DNA from: the human T2T-CHM13v2.0 reference genome, Homo sapiens
Reading direction: 5' to 3' (one strand)
DNA length: 64,000 nucleotides
Assembly: GCF_009914755.1 (NCBI RefSeq)
Contig: NC_060938.1
Part shown: positions 30,248 to 41,716 of the stretch, piece by piece
Position numbering within the stretch: position 1 is the stretch's first letter
Layout: each line of letters begins with the position of its first letter
Notes under the pieces: generated by a model
Told to the model about the DNA's origin: nothing
Database searches by the model: none
The model's input: only the letters and a program-made list of their open reading frames with translations
Made by a program: the position numbers and the translations under genes

Positions 30248-30586
30248 GACATTTTCAACATATCAAATTTTTCACCACTATTTCTTAAATGCAGCTATGG
30301 AAATATAAAACACATTAATGCAATCTTCTGGCTAACTTCATAATTTCATAAATTAGAATTTTATTTTGAAAAAGTTGAAAAATTTAGCATTATCACCAGA
30401 ACTACAACCTGCCAATAGATACATTAAATACATGTGACCATTAGACACAATCAAAACAAAGCATGACATAGAACTAAATGACAGCTGTTTTCAAGACTAT
30501 AGGCCTAAATTTAGCAACATAAGCACATTTAATCATAAACTCCTAACTTACATTTTATTTCCTTGCTTTACCAATTACTAGAGAAT

Positions 30587-30681
30587 TTATATATATATTT
30601 AATTTTATATTTATATGTAATTTTTTTACTACTCTATATATTAATATATATTAATTATATATATTATTATATATATTAATA
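30587..30681. repeat. AT-rich low-complexity (TA)n-like tract
   Basis: Almost pure A/T with tatata units. Confidence 0.85.
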
Positions 30682-31252
30682 GTAGCAACATCTTATACAC
30701 AACAAAAAGCGGAAATGTAAGCAAAGCACTAAGAAAGTTTCTTCCTAGAAGTTTATGAGTAGTTTTATGACAATCCACCCAGTGCTAATTCCTTTCATCA
30801 TAGATTTAAGTAACCCTGATTGAGCACATACGTGCATTCATTTGGCCCATGTATATAGTGTCTCATCCTATTAACCATACTTTGATGGTCATTTTTTACA
30901 TTTGACTTCTATTACCTTCAATTTCAAACCCTTTTAGGAAGTGGGTGAAAGAGAAAACAAATTTAAATATTCTGTTTCCTATTCTTAGTTGACTTTTTGC
31001 CACAAGAGAACCTCAAAAGTAGTGACTTCTAAAAATATTTATTATTCTATCCAACACAATATATGAAGTCACTCAATAATTTTACACATCTACTCAAAGG
31101 AAAGCAGTGAGCCTGGTGGGGATGTACCAAAGTTACAACCTTCTTACCATGAGAATTAATAGTTACAGTGCCTACCTACCACATAAGTGAACACTTAATT
31201 AGGTAATTTGAACCTCAGTTTTGTCACTCAAAAGGGAGCAATAAAACCTAAT

Positions 31253-31629
31253 TGCTACAGACTGAATGTATGTACCCAAAAATTCATAGTTGAAACTGAA
31301 TCTACAATGTGATGATAATTGAGGGTGGGAGGTGATTTGGGAGGTGATTGGGAGGTGATTTGGGAGGTGAATGGGTAGAACCCTTATGAATAGGATTAAT
31401 GCCCTTATAAAAGAGACCCCAGAGAGCTCTCTCTCCACTTCTGTTATGTGAAGACACAGCAAGAAGAAGCATCTGTGAACCAAAAGGCATGCCCTCACCA
31501 GACACTGATTCTGCCAGCACCTTGATCTTGGACTTCCCAGCCTCCAGAACCAAGAGAAATAAATTTCTGTTGTTTTTCTTCTATCCAGTCTATAGCATTC
31601 TGTTATAGCAGCTCAAACAGACTAAGACA
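31253..31629 (+). mobile_element. MaLR solo LTR (MLT1A0-like) inserted in a MIR
   Basis: tgctacagactgaatgt...gactaagaca; TSD CTAAT/CTAAC; MIR-like sequence on both sides. Confidence 0.9.
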
Positions 31630-31995
31630 CTAACTCAAAGAGTTGTAAGACTTAAATGATGGATAGACATAGGTAAATCAGTTGGCATAAATATCTGACT
31701 TATAGTAGATCCTCAATAAACCATCATTCCTTTTTTTCTACTTCATTTCTAAATTTCTATTTTAAGACAGAAAAAATTTAAAATCAAATTCTTACCCTTC
31801 AAATGTATTAGAAGCTGAATGGGTGGTTGAAAGAATAAAAATCACAGCATTCTAATAAACTGACTTTTTTGGGGGGCACCAATACAACTTCCCTGTGAAG
31901 GACTACAATTATCATTTGTTGATATATAAAATATTTTCTAGAGGAAATTAAAATTGAAATTAGAATTTGAAATTAGAATTCACTCATATTTTTAC

Positions 31996-32160
31996 CCTTT
32001 CTTCTAGTTGATCCTTCAAACATTGATATTTTAGCTTCAGTTTTTTGTTCTCATTTTCATTCTGGGTTAATTCCTCTGTCAGTCTGTCACACTGTGATTT
32101 CAACTTCTCCAGCTGACCACGATGAATTTTAGCCATATTCTTCTCTTCTAAACTTTCAGC
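31996..32160 (-). CDS. CEP128: CEP128 internal coding exon, 165 nt (AESLEEKNMAK...KDQLEER)
   Basis: Strong polypyrimidine tract ttttccttctctttttctcag|GCT and donor AGG|gtaaaa; 55 codons, phase 0-0. Confidence 0.95.
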
Positions 32161-32924
32161 CTGAGAAAAAGAGAAGGAAAAAACAGAAAGTCCACTAGCC
32201 ATAGCCAAAATACACCAAACACATTACATATTTTATCAGTGGAAAAACACTGCAAGATTTCAGCTCGTTCAAAGCATTCATATATAAATATTAAAATAAA
32301 CACAAAGGAAATGTTCTTTGCAGTTATTCAATCGCTCATCAGTATTTACCAAGCATTTACGAAGTGGTAGATACTGGACTAGATGCTAAAGATAACAGAT
32401 ATGAATAGTAAGAGAGTCAGATGCAACAATCTATTTGACAACACTGAAAGAGAAGTGCTTATTAAAGGTGTAAGCTGGATATTTTGGAAATCCAAAGAAG
32501 AGACACCAGCTCTGCTAAGAGGGGAAGGAGTTATTAGAGAAGTGTCCCAAAAGGGAAATACTATGAGATGTTACTAACTGATAAGTTCCCTCGTCTATAG
32601 ATGGGGCTTAACATTCCTGTTCACCTTCACTTCTGGTTTCTATGAAATAATGGTGTACTTTTTATGTAAGTCATTATCAATACTACTCTTATGGGGCTAA
32701 AAAAATTATGAAGTATAACAATCAAGAAACTACAAACTTAAAATGAAAAAGTTTACCAGTTATTTTTTCAACATCAGTAGTGTAGTACAATATCTATTTA
32801 TTGATCTTTATTTAGGGTATAACCAGAACCAGCTTTTAAAAAATAAACTTTGGAAATAATCTATTCTATATAGGAAATTCAGTAAAGATTTGTCAGGTAT
32901 GTGAACTTAAAGAATTTTAAAATA

Positions 32925-33170
32925 ACAATAATGTAAACACTATGTGCCAGACACTGCTCTAAGACTTTTCTGTATACAGTTTTTCCTCATTTCATCCTCG
33001 TAACAACCTGTGAGAATCAAATAAGGTATTATGATTGTCCTTATTCCAATAATAATGAGAAATAAAAGCAAGCTAATCACTTGCCCAAAGATACACAGTG
33101 AATAAATGCAGAGTCAGGATTTGAACCCAGGAATTCTTTCTAATGTCCCTGCTTTCAACTACGCCACACT
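32925..33170 (-). mobile_element. MIR
   Basis: cactatgtgccagacactgctctaag...acttgcccaaagatacacag...ggatttgaacccagg. Confidence 0.8.
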
Positions 33171-35228
33171 TCCTCCCAAAAGGTACAATATCATTAGGTT
33201 TTAAAAACCAACTGGGTGCAACTAGAAATGCTAACAAAACACACCTACCAGTTGCTGACAGTCTGTAAGCAATCACATTTAATCTGTTTAAAATATATGC
33301 TTTAATGCCTAAAATATATGTTTCTTTTATTTTTATAAGTTTATCATATGAGTTTAATTAGGTATATAGGAACGCAATCAATGGAAACAATTTCCTGAAA
33401 GAAAGAAGTTTTGTGAGTTTTAGACAAAATCTTTATTTTATTTACCCCACAAAATTTACCTGAGAGCTGATGCCACATTAAATTAACAAAGAAATTGATT
33501 TTTTATGAGCAATCCTATATTCACAGCCCAAAATAAATTTACAAAATAAAATCTCTCATCAGGAAAATTGTTCAACTATGATTTTAAGTTTCAGTAGAAT
33601 GCTTTTACTTTTCTTTATGTCCTAACAAAAGCATAGGTAAATACAAAGAAGTCCCCCTAAAGTCTGTAGTGTGCTGCAGCCAGCTCATAGAAACTGTCAA
33701 AGCCAACTGGGCTCTTCTCTTCCCAACTTCACCCCTCCCCAATGATGTCTCATTTGATAGCTTGAAATCAGCCAAGAAAGGGGTATTCAGAACCCCCAAA
33801 CTTGGCAAATGCTATAAATCAAGGGTTTTCCACCCACCGGAAGCCTGTTTTCAAATATTTACCAGCACACCAATGCGAAGCTTGACTAACAACTTACTTA
33901 TTGTTGTGGTTTTTATTACGTTTATATTTCATTTCAGAATTTACAAAGTGATGTTTGTGCACAACAACCCAGTGATATAGAAGGACATTATTCCTATTTT
34001 AACAGTGAGGCATAAAAAGGTGAAATAACTTGACCAAGATCAAATGGTCAGCAAATGGCAAAAACACAGAACTCCAATCCTGCATCTTCTGAATCCAAAA
34101 AAAGGCTCTACAAAATGATTTTGTTGAAATTGCAATGAGGTAATAGACCAATATCCTGAAAATATTAATAGCAGATACAGCATGTCATTAAAACATTTTA
34201 AATTTAAATTTAAAAATAGGTATGAGAGGGGTGATTCTAGAAGGAGGAAAAAAATAGAACTAATTTGTACAGAGAAAAAATATGGATGGCTTATCAGAGC
34301 TTATTAGACTCAAAAATGTAATAAGTTCAAATGAAGCTGAAAGACACAGAAATACAACATTTATAGAGCTACTTGTCTAAAACTCCGTTGTGTGCATAAT
34401 TCAGTATATTACATCTCCTGTGATGGCCTTTGCTCTCAACTCAATTTAATTAATATAAATAAGTAAAAAGTATGGATATATTAATAAAATGGCATGAAGT
34501 GGTGATTTTTCCTTAAGGGTAAATTGTTTGGTTTCACAGGAAACTGCTGGGCTCACACAATCTCTGGCCATTCTTCCAACTCTAGAGCAACTTCAATACC
34601 ACATTAGGGAATAGCTTTAACACCCCTCCCAGATCTCAAGCTTTCAAATTTAAAAAAAAAAGAAAAGTCCAAAGGTTTCAGAAGATCCGCAGAATGCTTA
34701 TAAATTCTAAATTCTTTACACATAGGGAATTTACTAAAGCTTTGTTATCATCTCACAACAAATGAACTCAAAGCACTTCCTCAAAAAAAATGAGGAAATC
34801 AATTTTCCCACATTACATGGAGAAATCCAAACCAAACAGATCATTGAGCAAGTTAGGAGCAAATGCTCTGATTTCTAGCTTTTTCAACATTTCAACTTAT
34901 AGCCACTGAGCATCTTCTGTATGTCTGGAACATTATGCTAGACACCATAAGAGGATACAAAATAGCTTAGATCTAATGCCTGTCCCTCTGGAGACTTATG
35001 AACATGCAACAAATCAAAATACAAGGCAGCCTAAATGTGCTGTACCTGGGGCACCAATAAAAGACCTATGGAAATACAGAAGACCAAGAGATTAGCTCCA
35101 CCTCAACTGAAATTTATTCCAACTTCAGTGGATCCATAAAAGAAGTACAAAATTGGGCCTTAAAGGATTTGGCAGAATTCTTCTTCCTGCAGACTAGGAG
35201 GCCGATTCAGATAGAGAATGAGCAGTCA

Positions 35229-35617
<389 letters not shown>

Positions 35618-37429
35618 TCATTTCAAGGGGGGCTGGGCTGGAGTGGAGACTTTATTACAGAGACAGTAAATAATTAACGAAGGTTTTTCAGTAGAAAGTG
35701 ACACACTCAGATATATATTTTGGGAAAGGAAATCAGAGAGTATCCGGGGGGCTAAAGGAAGGGGTTGCAGGTAGAGAAAGGAACTAGAGGGAAGTAGGGA
35801 GGTTACTTAGAAGTATGGCTACATTGCAAGTTAGCAGTCTGCATTCTGTTTTCTAGTATGACATATGATATATTGTCCATATGCCAATGTATCCATGAGC
35901 AAATGCAGTTACTATTTCTCACTGAAGAATGCATATCGGAATGTGAGAATTATGGCCTTACAGAGATGATCTTGAACATGCTCTAACTGAAAAAATTATT
36001 ACTAACTCCTGACCATTGTGTTGATTATTATACAACCTAAATAATGGTGATAAGACATAAGTACTAGTGAGAAGGAAGGTTCTAGTTTCAACAACACTCT
36101 CAAGAAAACTGCAAGCTTCTTAAAACAAACCATTTCTCTATGCCATGCCAGTTTCTCCTAACAAATCATTACATGCTTGTCCTCATGCAAAAACCCTGCC
36201 TTCCTTTCACATCACACTATTTCTCATCAACCCCCTCTACCTTGCTGGCAACAGCTGACTGACCAGTCACCCTCTTCACTGTGGTTTTTGGCATGTGACC
36301 AATTAATGCCTTCACAATATCTTAAATAGCCAAGTGTCCATCCCACAAGTTAACTTCAAAGTTATTTGACCTGTTCTTTCCCAACTACCTTCACCAACAT
36401 CGCACAACAGCAACCACTGCATGACCACACCTTAGACCTCAACTCTGAAAATTCTTATATTGCACTTCCTGACCAAATCAGCAACCTCTGACGGCAGATT
36501 TTTATCCTTCAGCTTTCTCATTCCTTTGCCCACAATCTTTGTTCTTCAATGTTAGCCACATGGAAGTACTTTACACGCTCCTAGACTAGTCTCGGTCAGT
36601 TTGTACCAGTCTTCATACCAGTTTTCATCTTCACTGCTCCTAATTTCTTGGTGCACTACTGTCCTATTCTACTTCAGAGAGAAGAAAGGCTATCAGTCAA
36701 GATTCACATCAATTTCCCCAGATCATCCCTACCAACTTACCCAGTCTTACTGGTTTCCTCCGAATCCTTCAGAGGAAAGATGCCTTGTCTCCTGTTGAAT
36801 GCTATATACTCTTATTTTTTATCAAATCCCCTCACATCTCCTCATGTACTTTCTCCATCAACCTCTGTTGAATGGAATGAAGGCTTTTTATACTTCTTCT
36901 TTCAGCTTGCCTGTCACATTTATCACTCTTGATTATAACTTTCTTAAAATGTCTTACCTGGGTTTCCAAGACATCATTCTCTTCTGATTCTCCTCCTGTC
37001 ATATGGCCTTTTATTTTTATTTGCTAGGCCCTTTTAGTAAATTCTTTCCTTAAAACATTAGAGTTTGAGAGTCTCATCCTCTTTTTATTCCCTGCACAAT
37101 CTCATCCAAATCCCATGATATGAACTACCACCCAAGAGTTAACTGGCTCCGAAATATTTCACTCTAATCTCAATTTCTCCCTCAACTCTTGACCCTACTA
37201 ATTATTATGTACTAATCTGTTCCACCTAGACTTTCTTGGTTAAGCTTAAAGTCCCTCCCCTTAACACAATATGCTAAAAAACAACAACAAAAACAAACTA
37301 GATTTACCACTGTTCTCTTCAAATCTTCTATTCTGTCTGTATTCTCTATGTTGGCAATAGTATCATTATCCACCTAATCTCCCAAAGTCATTACCTACCT
37401 GTCCTTGAGTCTAAACTTTTTTCCAGACT

Positions 37430-37660
37430 AGCAAAGCAGTTAAGAACACAGTTAATTACCTGAGTTCAAATCCTTTCCCTACCACTCTCCTGCTGTAAGA
37501 CCGTGGGCAAATTACTTAACCTTCTGTGTCCCAATTGCTTCATCAGGGAGAAAATAATACCACACAATCTGCAAGGTGAGGTGGGTATTAAATGATTAAC
37601 ACTTGTAAAGTTCTTAGAGCAGTGACCGGCACAAAATGTTGAAAAACTGATTGCTGGTAG
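37430..37660 (+). mobile_element. MIR
   Basis: cctgagttcaaatcc...gggcaaattacttaaccttctgtg...gtaaagttcttagagcagtgaccggcaca. Confidence 0.8.
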
Positions 37661-39007
37661 TATTGTTATTGTCACAGCCAATCAATCAACATGTAATATA
37701 TATTTTATTTTCTATAAGATCAGCTCTTCTCCATATCCCAAACTCTACTTTCTATATTCATCAACTCTAAAAGATTACTATTCCATAGTTCATCAACATT
37801 AAAATGTGTATCTTCCACATTTGACCATCTCTGACCTGGGAGTTCTTACACTTGATAGCATTATGATGGTTTCATAGGCAGGAGGCAGCATTTTTATTTC
37901 TTAGGAGCATATGCATCTAGTAATAACAGCAATGATGCATCTTATAAGGTGTCTTAGGTTTAATGAAATATAGTAAGGGTCTTTTACCTATTTTAGCCTC
38001 CATTCTGACCTGCCAATCCCAACTGAAGACCCCAAATCCACTAATGCCAGAAGGCTATCTAGGACTGGGGAAGGACTCATAGAATAGCTACATCATTTTA
38101 CAGATGTCAACTATTTCAATATCATTTCATCTTAAATCATAAGCATTTTGAAAGTAGTAGTTGCATTTCAAAGGCTTTTGAAAAACATTATAATAATTAA
38201 CCTTCAAAGATTTATCCATTCATTCATTCACCTATTCAATAGATATTTACAATGTTCCAAAAAACTGTTGTAGGCACTGGGGATATAGCTAGAAGCAAAA
38301 CAGACTAAAATCCCTATCCTCAGAGAGTCTTCATTTCAATAAGGGGATATTAAAAAATAAATAATATGGAATCTATATCATATGACACGTGTTATGAAAA
38401 AAAAAAAAAGACAGGAAGAGGAACAGATTTATCACACTCCTGACAATCATGTTATAAAATGATTGCCCTGCATGGTGATAATGCTAACAACATTAGACCT
38501 TAGAAACATTTCCTCAAATGCAAGATCCCAATTAGGCATTTACCCAGGCAACTTTGATTTGGAAAAGAAGGAGTAAATCTCGAAAGCCTTGGGTTTACAC
38601 AGCCCATAAGCTGATCCACTTTAGTTACCATACAAATAAGGACTGTGGTTATAGCTTCTCTGGCCTTGACGAGTCTTTGCCTTTTATATTTTAGGAGGTC
38701 ATAAATGTTGAATGAGGGCACGTTTCAGGTCCATGACTTACTGCCACCTCTGCCTTTCCTGAACTCCCCAAACAGCTAAACGTTCTTTATAAAGGGCTTC
38801 AATGCTCTGAAATAGGTGCTCCCAGGTGGCTGTTATAACTCATTTCAACCTGGCCGAACAGGCATGAATAAGCCTCTTTATTGTTGGTTTTATCTTCCCT
38901 TCAGTGCTTGGGAATACAGAATGATCTCTAAAAGTTTACGCTTTATTAACTTCATGAGCCACCAGAAAAATTCCTTCAGTATCATCAGGATAATTTAGCA
39001 GAGGTAC

Positions 39008-39658
39008 CTTCAGAGTCCTGATACGATTCTCAGCCTCACTCTTTTCTTTCTTAAAGTGCTTCATAAGCTCCTGGATATTCTGTTCGTGTTTTGTTTTCAC
39101 ACTCTGCAATGATGATGTGAGATCTTTCAGCTCCCTCTGGTGCACATCTCGTTCCAGCTTTAACTGTGTGATGATTGTAGCTGTTTCTTCATCCCTGGAT
39201 TTTGCCTGTGCAGTGAGGTCAGAAAGGTCCTTAAGCACTGCTTTCTTGGCTCTCTCTTCCTCAGCCAATTTATTAGCAAGATCTGCTCGGATGGCACTCA
39301 GGTCCTTGATGGACTCTTGCATCTCAAGAAGTTTAGCTTTGTCCTGGGCCTGGCTCTTCTTGAGCTCTGCAATTTCTTCCTCCAAGTGAGCTTTCTCAAC
39401 TTTCATCTGGCTTTGGATCTTACTCTGCTTTTTCAATTCGCTCTCCAGTCTATGGATGGTATCCAGGGAATTCTTAACTTCCAATTCAAGGTCAGCTTGA
39501 TGAGACTTAATATCACGTAATTTCTCCTCCTTGGAGTGAAGCTCCTCCTCCTGAAGGGCACGCTTTGTTAGGACATCATTCAATTCCTTTCGAAGATTCT
39601 CTATTTGTTGTAATGCTGCATACAGCTGGGTTTTCAATTCATCCTTTTCTTTTAAAAT
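39008..39658 (-). CDS. CEP128: CEP128 internal coding exon, 651 nt (ILKEKDELKTQLY...AENRIRTLK)
   Basis: Acceptor cctgatag|ATT and donor AAG|gtacct; 217 codons, phase 0-0; core of the 233-aa ORF 38936..39637; continues the frame of the 351-nt exon. Confidence 0.96.
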
Positions 39659-40940
39659 CTATCAGGTTAAGAACATGAAGCAAAAGAAAAAAATAAAAGT
39701 TACTGTAAAATTCACCATAGACTCTGCCAGTCAGCAAAACAATGTTTAACCCACAAGGAAAAAAAAAATTCATCAAATAATTTTTGTATTTTTCCCATTT
39801 TTTAATAAAAATACTTTTAGGCCAGAAAGGTGGGGGGGAATATATAATTGTCCTGAAATAGCAACACACTGAAATATGTATTTCAAATTTTCATCACCAA
39901 AACTTATTTCAATCCATGGTCACAAATAATTATTTAAATGTAAGATAAAATTGAGCAAACAAATGGGGAAAGCAAAGACTCTCATTATAAAGAAAACTTA
40001 CTAGAGGTTGAAATAATACACTATTACCTAAAATAATACTGATGTACATTCCAATGATACACTTTTAAAAAGGAGAAACCCCAAAACAGAGATGGAAAAT
40101 AATATAGGGAAGCATGCAGATACAATACAAGAAAGTTTACGGTACATTCAGCCATTATTTTTAAAATATCAATGGTGACGAAAACTCACCAATATGCAAC
40201 TGGGAGCCTGGAAGCCCACAAAGAAATGAGATTAAGTCAGGAAAGGTTGGGAAAGGGCTCAAGAGAAAAGTCAAGGGCCTAGAAGTCCATCATTCTATGC
40301 CAGCCTCTCTAAGATTTACATGGAAGGACAGAGGCCAAGGGTTAACTCTTCTGGCCTCTAATTCTCACCACCTAATCATTGCAAATAAAATAATGGGCAG
40401 CCAAGGGAGCCAAGATTGTTTTCTATACAACACTGGCACCAAAGATAATCTCCGTGAAACAGGAGGGAAAAAAAGGAACCAATTAAGACTCATTTCAGAA
40501 TTACAAATAATGAGTTAAAATGCAAATATTTGCAAGACATTTCTACACTTCACATTTTATACTTCAGTGTAAAACAATTTATGACAAAAATTTAATGAGT
40601 CAATCACTCCAAAAAAAAGTTTCCCCAATCCTGCTCAGTTTTAACTGAAAGAAAGAAAGAGCACAAAGATAACATGAGAACTAACAAAAGGAGATGAATA
40701 AGCAGTTGAGCTCTGACCAGAAAGAAGTGAATTTGATTTTCAGTTCAATCACGGGCAATTCTATGGCCTCGGGGAAATCATTTCTCTTACTAGAGAAAAT
40801 AATAATAGCTATTTCATAAGACTGTGATGAAGATTAGTGAGAAAGGGGAAACAAAAAGTTGGAGTAGAATTTAAGTTCGAGGAGGTATTAGGGTCTCAGG
40901 GAGGTGTTTATGCAAGGTAGTGATCAAAACTGTAAAAAGA

Positions 40941-41055
40941 GCCAGGCCCAGTGGCACACCCTATAATCCCAGCTATTTGGAAGGCTCAGGCGGGAAGATA
41001 GCTTTGGCTCAGGAGTTCAAGACCAGCCTGGGCAACATAGCAAGACCCCGTCTCT
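40941..41055 (+). mobile_element. Free Alu monomer (FLAM_A-like)
   Basis: Single arm gccaggcccagtggc...caagaccccgtctct; 12-bp TSD ACTGTRAAAAGA at 40929-40940 and 41056-41067. Confidence 0.88.
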
Positions 41056-41165
41056 ACTGTGAAAAGACGGGATAACTGAGGAGAAGGAACTCTGGAACAC
41101 AGATGAAGGAGTTCACTTCCGAAAGAATGTAAGGTAGGAGAAATATAGATGAGCCTAAGGGTAGA

Positions 41166-41716
41166 TGTATTATTTTTCTATTGCTTCATAACAATTTCCA
41201 ACAGACTTAGTAGCTTAAAATACACATTTTTTATCTCACTGCTTCCAATAGGTTGAAAGGCCAAGCAAGGTATTCAGCTTAAGGTCTCCTAAGACTAAAA
41301 TCAATGTATCAGCTGGCCAGGGCGCTTGTCTGGAGGTTCTGAGGAGAATCCATGTCCAAGCTCATTCAGGTTTCTGATACAACTTGTTTCCATACAGTTG
41401 TAGGACTTTGGGTCCCCATTTCCTTGCTAGCTTTTGGTCAGCGATTATTCTGAACTTCTAGAAGCCAACCTTGTTCCTTGGCTCATGGACTCTGCCATCT
41501 TCAAAGCTTGAACAGCTTGATGAATCCTTCCGAAGCTCCAACTCTCTCTGACGTCCCCTTCTCTCAATAGCCAGAAAAAAAAAAACCTTCTATTGAGGGC
41601 TCATGTGATAAGATTAGGCCCATCCAGATAATGTGATCACAGGAGTAATGTCTTATCATATTCATTGGTTCCAGAAATTAGTGTGACTTCTTTGGGGAGG
41701 GTCATTCTACTTACCA
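41166..41716 (-). mobile_element. MaLR LTR (MLT1D/E-like)
   Basis: tgtattatttttctattgc...tagcttaaaatacacatt...gggctcatgtgataagattaggcccatccagataat. Confidence 0.75.

Noticed and set aside
39117-39520. Plus-strand ORFs opposite the 651-nt exon
   Set aside because: Antisense shadows of coiled-coil codon bias.
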